From contig CADBSK010000138.1 in NCBI GenBank assembly GCA_902797305.1, positions 18,185 to 82,184 of the forward strand: 64,000 bases of DNA, given 5' to 3'. The stretch comes from an uncultured Spirochaetaceae bacterium. Its GTDB lineage: Bacteria; Spirochaetota; Spirochaetia; Treponematales; Treponemataceae. The position numbers and the translations under genes were made by a program. Numbering within the stretch: the first letter of the stretch is position 1; each line of letters begins with the position of its first letter. Below are positions 20,859 to 30,359 of this stretch, one piece after another. Under the pieces are notes generated by a model. It did not search any database. It saw only the letters and a list, made by a program, of their open reading frames with translations, and had not been told where the DNA came from.

Positions 20859-21692
20859 GTGTTATTTCAAAAAAGTAGAATATTTTTTATATATATTATT
20901 TTAGTAGTTTTATTTATTTCATTATTATTTAATTCTTGCCTGACTACATCCCAATCAGAACTTATTGGAGAATCTAAAAAAAGCATAGTAGTACAGAATG
21001 AGAGAGAATTAATTCAATATGGCAATATATACATCGGCTCTCAAAAAAAAGATACACGTACAAAGAACTCCTTACAAATAATTGGATTTTCAGGAATAAC
21101 AAAATACTGTACGTCATTTTTAACTTTTATTAATGAATACGGAAGTTCTGGATATACAATTTATAATGGAGAAAAAAATAGAAGAAGTTTAAGTTTTGCA
21201 TTTGATGAACGAATAAGCAATAGAGGATATTACGATTCTCCAGACGATTATAGTGATTCAAAAGGCTCCTTTACAAATATAAAAATAAAAAAATTCCCTC
21301 AAAAGCATTATAAATTTGAAATTATAGATAATTATGGAATGATACAAATAGGATCTCAACTAGAAAAGACAAATATATTACCTTCTGACTTACCCGTATA
21401 TTTTACTAGTTTTTACATTGACGAGAAAAAATATTCCATTTTGCTCACTAAAATAAAAGTCGATTATCCTTTAATTACAAATATGCCAAAAGAATCATTT
21501 GGTTCTAGTGTTCGAAAAATGATTCGTTTACCAGACCAGGAATATTTAGTTATAGATTCAGATAATAAGATTTGTGCAAGTTTCTCTTATAACAACTATA
21601 AAATCTATGAAGATGCAAACTTCAACTCTTATGATATGATACAGGCGATAGGTATCTATCTTGGGATTTTTAAGTTATTAAATAGTCATTAA
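20859..21692 (+). CDS. Hypothetical lipoprotein (AT-rich)
   Basis: Hydrophobic N-terminus with FNSC lipobox; TTGACA-N17-CATATT at 20812-20840 upstream. Confidence 0.6.
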   Translation: MLFQKSRIFFIYIILVVLFISLLFNSCLTTSQSELIGESKKSIVVQNERELIQYGNIYIGSQKKDTRTKNSLQIIGFSGITKYCTSFLTFINEYGSSGYTIYNGEKNRRSLSFAFDERISNRGYYDSPDDYSDSKGSFTNIKIKKFPQKHYKFEIIDNYGMIQIGSQLEKTNILPSDLPVYFTSFYIDEKKYSILLTKIKVDYPLITNMPKESFGSSVRKMIRLPDQEYLVIDSDNKICASFSYNNYKIYEDANFNSYDMIQAIGIYLGIFKLLNSH

Positions 21693-21703
21693 TTCTATTT
21701 CCA

Positions 21704-21760
21704 CAACAAAAAAGACTGGTTCTACATATAAAAATGTAAAACCAGTCTTTTTTGTTGGTT
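21704..21760. terminator. Bidirectional terminator between convergent genes
   Basis: CAACAAAAAAGACTGGTTT...AAACCAGTCTTTTTTGTTG inverted repeat. Confidence 0.7.
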
Positions 21761-21780
21761 ATATATCCTTATTGCTCTAA

Positions 21781-23562
21781 TTAGTTAGCATTGCGAGCAA
21801 GGCGTAAACCTGTTGAACTTGAGTAACCACCTGTTACTTCGTGGCGGGCATATACTGTAAAGTATTCATCACCGTAGAAATTGAATCCACCACCGCGAGT
21901 AAGGTGATTTGTTCCTTGTTCTACAACTGGATCATATACAGAATCTGTTGAGTATGGAGCATAGAAATCCCAAACCCATTCCTCTGCGTTTCCGCTCATA
22001 TCATAAATTCCGTACCAGTTAGCCTTTAATGAACCAACAGGTAAAGCCTTGAACGAATTAGCAGTAAGTGTGTTTGCTACTTCTGTAATATCGTAGCTAC
22101 CAGAGTAAGGCATGTCAGAATCCTGAGGATCACGAGCAGCAAATTCCCATTCAGCTTCAGTTGGAAGACGATATCCGTTAGCTTCCTTGTTCCAAGTTGG
22201 ATTGTTCCACTTTACCCTATCTTCTGCAGATAGATTTCTTAAGTAGTCAAAATCAACATCTGCAAAATCAACACCCTCTACAGAGTAAACTGGTGTTAAA
22301 CCTTCTGCTACTGAGCGCAAGTTACAATATGCAATTGCAAATGGGAAGCTCAAAGCAATAGCAGGATCATCATCTGTAAGATATACCTTATATGCAAGGT
22401 TTGCACTTGAAACACCAAAGATTTCCTTAAATTCTGCATCTGTTACTTCGTATTTGCTCAAGAAATATTTGTTGTACAAAGTTACACGATGTTCTGCATT
22501 GTTTTCATCAGTATCACTGTCTGAACCCATAGTAAAACTTGCATAGTTAAATCTTACCATTGTTGGTGAAAATTCTACGTCATATGGACAACCGAGGTCG
22601 CCAAAGATAGAAACAGGAATTACACGAGCTGTGTAGATTGAATAGTCAATTCTGTTAAATGTAAGTTCTACACCGTTTTCGCGAACATCATTGTAGTTTG
22701 CTTCGTAGATAACTTCACCATTCTTAAGAATCTGGAAAATTGTTTCTGAATCATTCTGATAAGAACTGTTGATTCCATAAACCAAACCAGTACCGTTAAG
22801 ACGAAGTTTACCAGTATCTTCGTTGTACCAAGCATTAAAGTAGTCAACTTTTGCATATTCTGCCCAATATTCAGCAAATGTAAGAGCATCGTCCTGTGTA
22901 AAGTTATCACCTTCGCACCAGTTATAAGAATATGGAGCTGCAATTGGTGAACCAGAAGAACCAAAACCTGTAAGGTACTTCCATTCAAAGTTACCAGTTG
23001 AACTTGATACAATGATAAACCATTTATAAGTTGTCCAGTTAAATCCGTCATTTATATAAGCATTCTGCCAGTTATTAGCACCATCAAAAGTACCTGTGAA
23101 ATAGCAGGTTGCACCATATTTAGCATATCCAGGAGCAGTAAGAACATACAAATTGCTGTTCTCCAGTTCCTGTACGTGATTTTCACCAGATTCCCATGTT
23201 AACTGAGCAGAAATTCCAACTACTTCTCCAAGATCATAAGAACCAGTAAGAGCTTTCCATTCAAAAGAATTTGTTGAAGAAACATCTGCATACCAACCGT
23301 TATCATATGTACCACGAATTGCGTAAGACCAGTTATTACCTTCATAGAAAGTACCAGTAAAATATACAGCCTGTCCGTATCCTGGATTTAAGTCTGAATA
23401 GATTCTTACAGTATTACCTGTAATTGCAGATCTTGAAACCTGAGTAGAAGCATCAAATTCCTTATTAGAGTCATAATTAGAAACTCCGTTACAAGAAACT
23501 AATGCAAAAGCGATTACACTAACAAAAGCCAGTGAAACAACTTTAGTCATGAACTTTTTCAT
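21781..23562 (-). CDS. Lipoprotein with two CBM20-like domains and a C-terminal FGE-sulfatase (SUMF1/CLec-fold) domain
   Basis: Lipobox LVSC; duplicated YG..(V/C)YFTGTF...NNW..A...W......FEWK.LTG...W..G.N; FTMGS, YEVT, GYRLPTEAEWEFAAR, GIYDMSGNAEEWVWD, RGGG, GLRLAR. Confidence 0.75.
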   Translation of the reverse strand: MKKFMTKVVSLAFVSVIAFALVSCNGVSNYDSNKEFDASTQVSRSAITGNTVRIYSDLNPGYGQAVYFTGTFYEGNNWSYAIRGTYDNGWYADVSSTNSFEWKALTGSYDLGEVVGISAQLTWESGENHVQELENSNLYVLTAPGYAKYGATCYFTGTFDGANNWQNAYINDGFNWTTYKWFIIVSSSTGNFEWKYLTGFGSSGSPIAAPYSYNWCEGDNFTQDDALTFAEYWAEYAKVDYFNAWYNEDTGKLRLNGTGLVYGINSSYQNDSETIFQILKNGEVIYEANYNDVRENGVELTFNRIDYSIYTARVIPVSIFGDLGCPYDVEFSPTMVRFNYASFTMGSDSDTDENNAEHRVTLYNKYFLSKYEVTDAEFKEIFGVSSANLAYKVYLTDDDPAIALSFPFAIAYCNLRSVAEGLTPVYSVEGVDFADVDFDYLRNLSAEDRVKWNNPTWNKEANGYRLPTEAEWEFAARDPQDSDMPYSGSYDITEVANTLTANSFKALPVGSLKANWYGIYDMSGNAEEWVWDFYAPYSTDSVYDPVVEQGTNHLTRGGGFNFYGDEYFTVYARHEVTGGYSSSTGLRLARNAN

Positions 23563-23759
23563 AATGTTCTCCTTTATTTGTTAATTTTGTCAAAGTTTAT
23601 CAATATTTGGTAAGTTCTTCAACTATTTTCATAACAATTCGTTAATTTTCATAGTTTTTTTGTTATATTTTTTCTCAATAATGGGGCTTTTTTTTCAGCC
23701 ACTATACCCCAAACCATTTTTTGTGTAATATATGCCTATCATTATTCATGGAGAAATAA

Positions 23760-24476
23760 ATGAAAACCGTAAGCTTAAAAGATGAATTAGTTAATAACTC
23801 TTATCCTGGGAGAGGTATTGTTGCAGGACTTTCTGAAGATGGAAAATATGCTGTAAGCGCTTATTGGACTATGGGTCGCAGTGCAGGCAGCCGTAACCGA
23901 GTATTTGTTACCGACGGAGAAGGAATCCGAACCCAGGCTTTTGATCCAAGCCTCATCGCCGGAGACCCAAGCCTTATAATTTACGCCGCTGTACGCGTTC
24001 TCGGAAACAAAACAATCGTAACAAACGGGGACCAGACAGATACTATTTATGATGGTTTAAAAGCAGGCCTTACTTTTGAACAGAGTCTCAGAAGCCGTAA
24101 ATATGAACACGATGCACCTAACTACACTCCACGTATTTCAAGTCTATTAGATTTTGAAGGTGGAAAATATAACTATTCAATTTCTATCTTAAAGAGCGAT
24201 AACGGTAATCCAGACAATACATTACGTTTTACATTTAACTATGATGCACCACAGAAAGGTAAAGGACACTTTATTCATACTTACATGGGAGACGGTAATC
24301 CTCTTCCAAGTTATGAAGGCGAGCCAACTCCTGTAGAAATCTCTGGAGATATTGATACTTTTGCAAACAATATCTGGTCATGGCTAAATAAAGATAATAA
24401 AGTTTCTTTGTTTGTACGCTACATCGACATTGCTACAGGCAAATATGAAACCCGCATTATCAATGCAAACAAATAG
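23760..24476 (+). CDS. IMP cyclohydrolase-like protein (stand-alone, PurO-like)
   Basis: YPGRGI, MGRSAGSRNR, TNGDQTD, EHDAPNYTPRIS motifs. Confidence 0.8.
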   Translation: MKTVSLKDELVNNSYPGRGIVAGLSEDGKYAVSAYWTMGRSAGSRNRVFVTDGEGIRTQAFDPSLIAGDPSLIIYAAVRVLGNKTIVTNGDQTDTIYDGLKAGLTFEQSLRSRKYEHDAPNYTPRISSLLDFEGGKYNYSISILKSDNGNPDNTLRFTFNYDAPQKGKGHFIHTYMGDGNPLPSYEGEPTPVEISGDIDTFANNIWSWLNKDNKVSLFVRYIDIATGKYETRIINANK

Positions 24477-24512
24477 TACGCAAACTTTATAAATTGAAAT
24501 ATCAAACCAAAA

Positions 24513-24647
24513 CAGGGCAACCGCATTATAAACTGTTCTGCCTACAAAAATGGCTCACAGTCGCAAAAACGGCTTATCAAAACCGTAAGCCAGTTTGCTC
24601 CTTCGCGCCATTTTTGATACAAAGTCAAATATAATGCGTTTGCCCTG
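24513..24647. repeat. Long nested inverted-repeat element (MITE-like or structured RNA)
   Basis: CAGGGCAA/TTGCCCTG, CGCATTATA/TATAATGCG, CAAAAATGGC/GCCATTTTTG and GGCTTA/TAAGCC fold as one rod. Confidence 0.6.
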
Positions 24648-24653
24648 CAAGCT

Positions 24654-24687
24654 AAAAGCCCGTTTATTGATATAAACGGGCTTTTTT
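24654..24687 (+). terminator. Rho-independent terminator
   Basis: AAAAGCCCGTTTAT-TGAT-ATAAACGGGCTTTTTT. Confidence 0.7.
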
Positions 24688-24702
24688 AGTATATTCTATC
24701 CT

Positions 24703-25785
24703 ATGGATTTACTTAAAAAACTAGAAGAGTGTGAAGCTCGCTACAAGGTTGTTCAGGAATTGATCATGGATCCAAACCTTGTAAAAGACCAGAAAAAATA
24801 CAAAGACACAATGCGCGAAAACGGCTACCTTGCCGAACTTAGCGAACTTTATGCTGAATACAAGAAAGTTCTTCAGGGCATTCAAGATGCAAAAGAAATG
24901 ATTACCGCCGAAGATGATGTAGAAATGAAAGAAATGGCCCGAGAAGAGCTCAAAGAATTAGAAGAACAGCAGCCAAAACTTGAAGAACAAATCAAACTTA
25001 AATTAGTTCCTCCTGATCCTTTGGATGAAAAGAATATTATTCTTGAAATCCGTTCAGCTGCAGGTGGAGACGAAGCAAGTCTTTTTGCCCGCGACCTCTG
25101 GGAAATGTACTGCCATCTTGCAGAACGCCGCGGCTGGAAGTGCGAAATAATGGAACAGCAGGAAACAGAAGTTGGCGGTTTTAACAAAATCGTAACTAGT
25201 ATGTCCGGAAAATTTGTTTACGGTACCCTGCGCTGGGAATCTGGAGTACACCGCGTACAGCGCGTACCAGCAACAGAAAGCCAGGGTCGCCTTCAGACTT
25301 CTACCGTAACTGTTGCAGTTTTACCAGAAGCAGAAGAAACCGAAATCGAAATCAAACCAGGCGATGTTCGTATCGATGTTATGCGTGCCGGCGGTCCTGG
25401 TGGACAGTGTGTAAACACAACCGACTCTGCCGTTCGCTTAACACATATTCCAACCGGACTTGTAGTAATCCAGCAGGATGAAAAAAGCCAGATTAAGAAT
25501 AAAGAAAAGGCCTTTCGCGTATTGCGAGCCCGCCTTTTTGACCTTGAAGAAAGCAAAAAGCAGGCAGAACGTGCAAATGCCCGCTCAAGCATGGTAGGTA
25601 GTGGTGCACGCTCAGAAAAAATCCGCACTTACAACTATCCTCAGGACCGTGTAACAGACCACCGTATCAATTACAGCCAGCACAATTTGCCAGGATTTAT
25701 GATGGGCGACATGGACGATATGCTGGACGCCTTAAACGTATATGCAAAAGAAGAACAGCTTGCAGCCGATGTAACATCGCTATAA
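24703..25785 (+). CDS. prfA: Peptide chain release factor 1
   Basis: GPGGQ motif, VQRVPATE (PxT RF1 tripeptide), KIRTYNYPQDRVTDHRI. Confidence 0.96.
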   Translation: MDLLKKLEECEARYKVVQELIMDPNLVKDQKKYKDTMRENGYLAELSELYAEYKKVLQGIQDAKEMITAEDDVEMKEMAREELKELEEQQPKLEEQIKLKLVPPDPLDEKNIILEIRSAAGGDEASLFARDLWEMYCHLAERRGWKCEIMEQQETEVGGFNKIVTSMSGKFVYGTLRWESGVHRVQRVPATESQGRLQTSTVTVAVLPEAEETEIEIKPGDVRIDVMRAGGPGGQCVNTTDSAVRLTHIPTGLVVIQQDEKSQIKNKEKAFRVLRARLFDLEESKKQAERANARSSMVGSGARSEKIRTYNYPQDRVTDHRINYSQHNLPGFMMGDMDDMLDALNVYAKEEQLAADVTSL

Positions 25786-25890
25786 TCGAAGAACCGTTAA
25801 AAAATAAACCGCAAGGTTTATTTTAGGTTCATCGATAAAAACGCGTTGCCGAGATTCATCGAGGCCCACTATAATCGAAGAACCGTTAAA
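25780..25890 (+). repeat. 22-bp direct repeat duplicating the prfA stop region around a 67-bp insert
   Basis: CTATAATCGAAGAACCGTTAAA at 25780-25801 and 25869-25890. Confidence 0.8.
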
Positions 25891-26010
25891 CCGCTGGTTG
25901 ACCCCGCGGTTACTGAGCCTGTCGAAGTACCGAAACCACCGCGATATTACAAACGGGGCTGTCAGCAAAATAAAGTTGACAGCCCTTATTTTTTTTATTA
26001 CGGTTCTTTT

Positions 26011-26925
26011 ATGACAATTCAGGAATTTAAATCTTCTGCGATAAAAAAACTTTCTACATCCCCTAGTCCTGCCCTGGATGTTTCTGTATTACTGGAACAT
26101 TGCCTGAAACTGAATAAAACACAAATTCTTTTGAATGCAGGAAAAGAACTCTCTCAAGAAGAAGCTGACTGGCTTGAAAAGGCAATTTCCTTGCGCAATA
26201 CAGGGCTTCCAATTGCCTATATAACGGGGAACAAAGAGTTTTACGGATATGACTTTATTGTAAGTCCTGCAGTTTTAATTCCAAAACCTGATACAGAAAT
26301 TCTTGTAGAAAAAGCCATTGATGCAATAATAGCAAAAATGGAAGCCAGACCAGACATTGTTCTTTCTATATGTGATATGTGCACCGGAAGCGGCTGTATC
26401 GGCCTAAGTGTTTTAAAACAGTTGATAGAAGAATACAAAATTCCAAGCGGCGCTCTGCCAAAACTTACAATGTGCGACATTAGCCCGGATGCTCTGCAAA
26501 TTGCCCGTCAAAATGCAATGCAACTATTACCTCGTGAAGAAGCCGAAGAAATCCGCTTTATACAGACAAATCTCTTTAGTGAAGTTGAATATACTTTTGA
26601 TGTAATTCTTTCAAATCCGCCGTATATTCCTGTAAAAATGGTAGACGAACTTTTAAAAGATGGAAGAAACGAACCTCGTCTGGCCCTGGACGGAGATGTT
26701 GGAATTTTTGGAGAAGCAACAAAAAGCAACGACGGCCTTGATTTAATCCGCCGCCTTTTACCAGAAAGTTATGAGCACCTCTCAGGGAACGGCATTCTCC
26801 TCATGGAAACCGGAGAATACAACGCACAAGAAGCATCCCGCCTCGCAAGCGAAACAGGATTCAGAAACGTAAAAATCTATAAAGATTTAGAAGGACAACT
26901 CAGAGTTACAGAAGGGGTGAAATAG
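26011..26925 (+). CDS. prmC: Release factor glutamine methyltransferase
   Basis: PIAYITGNKEFYG, VLIPKPDTE, DMCTGSGCI, SNPPYI; follows prfA; start moved to MTIQEF at 26011. Confidence 0.92.
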   Translation: MTIQEFKSSAIKKLSTSPSPALDVSVLLEHCLKLNKTQILLNAGKELSQEEADWLEKAISLRNTGLPIAYITGNKEFYGYDFIVSPAVLIPKPDTEILVEKAIDAIIAKMEARPDIVLSICDMCTGSGCIGLSVLKQLIEEYKIPSGALPKLTMCDISPDALQIARQNAMQLLPREEAEEIRFIQTNLFSEVEYTFDVILSNPPYIPVKMVDELLKDGRNEPRLALDGDVGIFGEATKSNDGLDLIRRLLPESYEHLSGNGILLMETGEYNAQEASRLASETGFRNVKIYKDLEGQLRVTEGVK

Positions 26926-26928
26926 AAA

Positions 26929-28446
26929 CTATTTTAAGCGTGTTTCTATGCCTTTCAATTTTTGCTTCATTTCTTCATCTTGAGTAACAAGAAATATTGT
27001 TTCATTTAAGTCTTGACCTGTGGACCAGTAATCAGGATAAATACCTATGCCTTCGCCGTGCCAATTAGAAGACAGTGAAGGAAGAAGGTCCTTTTTAGCA
27101 CCTAATTGTAAACTAATTTTCGAATTTGGAAGAACATATTTACATATATCCATATAGGTACAACACCCAGCTGTATTTTCACCGATAACAATAACTTTAT
27201 CACTACCTAAGAATCTCTTTGCATTAAATATCAAATCTTCACTTACGCTTGCAGATTGCTTATCAACTATAATCAATAATTTACCATCAAATCCTTTTTG
27301 TTTATCTCTTAAATTAATTTTTATATTTTCAAAAAATTTTATTTGTGGATTCTCTTTCTGTTTTTTCAATTCCTTACAAATCTTTTTATAATAATATTTA
27401 TTCTGTTCTCCAGTTGATTGCAAATATGAAACTGTAGATTGAAAGTATCCAGGAGATTCCAGTTCTCTTCTCCTCACCATTTTTTTATTAAACCATTTAT
27501 CAATTCTTTTCTCATCCCTTATAAGATTTACTTTTCCACTCTCCTTAAACAGCGAATAAATAAACCCATTAGCGATATATGCTCTTCCGCCAAGATTAGA
27601 ACGTAAATCAATTATCACATTCTTTTTATCTCTCCAAGTAATACCTAAATTTGCAAATTTCTCAAAAACTATTTCGGCACCTTTTCTATACATTGATTTT
27701 TGTTCTGGTAAAACAAAACTAGATAAACTTGCATACCCTGTATTTTTAGTTTCAATTTCATGATACTTAATTAATGTAGAGCTTAAAAAATGCTTCTCTG
27801 CAGAAACATCTAGCTTCTGTTTTGTATTTTCAAATGAAAAATCAAAACAATTTATATCATTTTTACTTATAATACCTAAGCGATAAATATTTATTCCTTT
27901 TGAAGGGTAATAAAATAAATTATCCTTATCACCTGTATACATTTTCCCAAGACTTATATTTTCTCCGCCATTATCGACAACAAAGAAATAGCTATCATCT
28001 CTTTTTACATATACATTTGAAAAATAAACATTACTTTCCTTAAATAAATTATCGAATTCTTTTCCAGATTTTTTTTCTATACAAAAATGACCGTCTTCTG
28101 GATACGGACGCAAATAATCTGAAAGTTTTTTGTAAAAATCTCTAATGTTAATCTGAGTCTGAGCTCTATATAATTCTTCAAAATAAATTCGTAAATTATC
28201 AGGATTAAAACCTTTTTCAACAAAAATATCATATCCAATATACGATGTTTGAAGATAATATAATAATGCATCTATATCCTGCCCCATCTCATCAAATGTA
28301 ATAAAATTTTTCCGCTGTTCTGACTCCGTAGCAGATGGAATGTTTTTATATTCAACAGACTGGGAGAAAATTAGTCGTCGATTATCACCTGAAAAAACAA
28401 AATTATTTAAATACAAGGCTAATATAATGATAAAAAACTTTTTCAT
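26929..28446 (-). CDS. Secreted S41-family peptidase (paralog 4)
   Basis: Signal peptide; IIDLRSNLGG, DKQSASVSE, IGENTAG, GIYPD. Confidence 0.85.
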   Translation of the reverse strand: MKKFFIIILALYLNNFVFSGDNRRLIFSQSVEYKNIPSATESEQRKNFITFDEMGQDIDALLYYLQTSYIGYDIFVEKGFNPDNLRIYFEELYRAQTQINIRDFYKKLSDYLRPYPEDGHFCIEKKSGKEFDNLFKESNVYFSNVYVKRDDSYFFVVDNGGENISLGKMYTGDKDNLFYYPSKGINIYRLGIISKNDINCFDFSFENTKQKLDVSAEKHFLSSTLIKYHEIETKNTGYASLSSFVLPEQKSMYRKGAEIVFEKFANLGITWRDKKNVIIDLRSNLGGRAYIANGFIYSLFKESGKVNLIRDEKRIDKWFNKKMVRRRELESPGYFQSTVSYLQSTGEQNKYYYKKICKELKKQKENPQIKFFENIKINLRDKQKGFDGKLLIIVDKQSASVSEDLIFNAKRFLGSDKVIVIGENTAGCCTYMDICKYVLPNSKISLQLGAKKDLLPSLSSNWHGEGIGIYPDYWSTGQDLNETIFLVTQDEEMKQKLKGIETRLK

Positions 28447-28470
28447 ATGCTCCTCTCCATATTTTTATCT

Positions 28471-28659
28471 GTGCACTTTTTTTATAAACTTCAACGAAGC
28501 TATTTTCAGAGTTGATCAGACTCTGAGTATTTACATAAGTCTAGAAGAAATACCTTTCAATTTTTGCTTCATTTCTTCATCTTGTGTAACAAGAAAAATT
28601 GTTTCATTTAAGTCTTGACCTGTGGACCAGTAATCAGGATAAATACCTATGCCTTCGCC
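28471..28659. repeat. Cassette-junction repeat (S41 3' end, hairpin and conserved upstream motif)
   Basis: 28471-28638 is nearly identical to 30193-30359; its coding part also matches 26951-27057 and 35520-35626. Confidence 0.85.
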
Positions 28660-30018
28660 ATTCCAATAATCATATTTTTCTATCATTTTGTTTTTTGCAA
28701 AAGCAGTATTAATACCTGCTTTACTATTTGGCAAACAAATCGTAGCTACATCCCAATACATTGCTGAACCACTAGTATTCTCACCAATTACGGAAACACT
28801 TTCAGAACCAAAAATTTCTTTAGCCAGAGGAATTATAATTTCTCCTGCACTAGCAGAATTTCTGTCTGTCAAAATAATTATTTTTCCCTTAAATTTTGAC
28901 TCTTTTGAAAAGAGCTTTGATTTTTTATATCCTGCGGTTTCAATTACCTTTTCTGGATTTTCTATTTGACTGCTTAACAACGACACTTCTTTTTTTGAAG
29001 GTTTCTGGTTTCGATTATTTTTTAATAAGTATTTTGTCTTACAGCTCACTGGCGAAATTAAGTTTTCCCTCAGAGAAAAGGAATCAACAAACCATGAACT
29101 CATATTTGGTATCAACTTCGAAAAATCATTATTGTTCTTTCCAGAATACAAGACATAGAACATCGCTGCAGTATAAGCGGCATCTCCTCCTTCATTGGAT
29201 CTCATATCTAGAATAAGATTTTTTTTATTACCATACTTATATCCACACTCGATGAATTTATTAAAAATAATTTCCTTAGATTTCCGATCAGGAGAATCTA
29301 AATATGGAAGAAAAAATGTATTTAAAGCAATATACGCCGAATCCTTAGAGTCAAATGCTTTATATTTTGCATTTGTTTTTTCAATTGCTCCATCATTAAA
29401 AACTTCTAAACAATAGCTCTTATTATCAAAACTTACATCAATACTATTTAAAGGCTCTTTAGACAACTTAGCAATTCTATATACAGAAGAACCTTTTGAT
29501 GGGTAATAATACAAATTTTGTTGATCATCACAATATTTCAAATCAGGATTAATTCCCACAGTATTCGAAATAGAATAAAAATCCTCCCCTCTTTTTTCAA
29601 CATAACAATCTGTCCAATAACAGGTATATTTTTCAATCATTGTATAAATTTGTTTTTTTCCAATTAATTGAAAATGAGAATCTTTTATATAAGGTTTTAA
29701 GTTATCATTAAAAACTCGAATTAAATCATCTGTATAGATTACCTCTTTTCCTTCAAAATGAGTCATAACTGCATCTTTAAAAGATTTTTCATCAAAACCT
29801 TTATCAAGCATTTTATCATTTCCAGCATAACCCATATTTAAAACATACGACGTAAACTCTAAATCTTCTTTTAATTGTTCATACGAAATTTGCTCTTTGA
29901 CATATTTTTGATCTATAAAGAGTTCAATCTTATCATTAAAACTAATAATTTTCTGAGCCTGTAAAAAAAAACTGCTAGATAAACCTATAAAAACTAAAGC
30001 AACTAATCTCCTTTTCAT
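28531..30018 (-). CDS. Secreted S41-family peptidase (paralog 3)
   Basis: Signal peptide; ILDMRSNEGG, DRNSASAGE, IGENTSG, GIYPD. Confidence 0.85.
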   Translation of the reverse strand: MKRRLVALVFIGLSSSFFLQAQKIISFNDKIELFIDQKYVKEQISYEQLKEDLEFTSYVLNMGYAGNDKMLDKGFDEKSFKDAVMTHFEGKEVIYTDDLIRVFNDNLKPYIKDSHFQLIGKKQIYTMIEKYTCYWTDCYVEKRGEDFYSISNTVGINPDLKYCDDQQNLYYYPSKGSSVYRIAKLSKEPLNSIDVSFDNKSYCLEVFNDGAIEKTNAKYKAFDSKDSAYIALNTFFLPYLDSPDRKSKEIIFNKFIECGYKYGNKKNLILDMRSNEGGDAAYTAAMFYVLYSGKNNNDFSKLIPNMSSWFVDSFSLRENLISPVSCKTKYLLKNNRNQKPSKKEVSLLSSQIENPEKVIETAGYKKSKLFSKESKFKGKIIILTDRNSASAGEIIIPLAKEIFGSESVSVIGENTSGSAMYWDVATICLPNSKAGINTAFAKNKMIEKYDYWNGEGIGIYPDYWSTGQDLNETIFLVTQDEEMKQKLKGISSRLM

Positions 30019-30080
30019 TTCATCCCCACTCTAATTAAACCTCAGAAAGAATTAATTCAATCTGAGGTATTTTTTAAAAC

Positions 30081-30167
30081 TTATCTGCCGCCACCATAAA
30101 CGTGACCATCATCCCCACCTACTACAAGGTCAAGAACTTCTTCAGAAACTTCCAACAAAGTATTCAT
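30081..30167 (-). CDS. Double-glycine RiPP precursor F (28 aa): MNTLLEVSEEVLDLVVGG-DDGHVYGGGR
   Basis: Hand-translated; GGAGG RBS; leader matches the other five; downstream hairpin 30039-30068. Confidence 0.85.
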   Translation of the reverse strand: MNTLLEVSEEVLDLVVGGDDGHVYGGGR

Positions 30168-30192
30168 AGACACCCTCCATATAATTAATTTT

Positions 30193-30359
30193 GTGCACTT
30201 TTTTATAAACTTCAACGAAGCTTTATTCAGAGTTGATCAGACTCTGAGCATTTACATAAGTCTAGAAGAAATACCTTTCAATTTTTGCTTCATTTCTTCA
30301 TCTTGAGTAACAAGAAAAATTGTTTCATTCAAGTCTTGACCTGTGGACCAGTAATCAGG
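30193..30359. repeat. Cassette-junction repeat, second copy
   Basis: Near-identical to 28471-28638. Confidence 0.85.

Noticed and set aside
21781-21910. Diversity-generating retroelement targeting the FGE-like domain
   Set aside because: No reverse transcriptase or template repeat was seen in the window; a remote one cannot be excluded.
25846-26010. N-terminal extension of PrmC
   Set aside because: It runs through repeat and hairpin DNA; PrmC-like sequence begins at MTIQEF (26011).
28447-28530. Hidden precursor upstream of S41 paralog 4
   Set aside because: Only the hairpin, the conserved motif and the RBS fit here; no leader-bearing ORF.
28340-28618. 92 aa plus-strand ORF across the S41 junction
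   Set aside because: Antisense shadow of two S41 genes with no recognisable motif.
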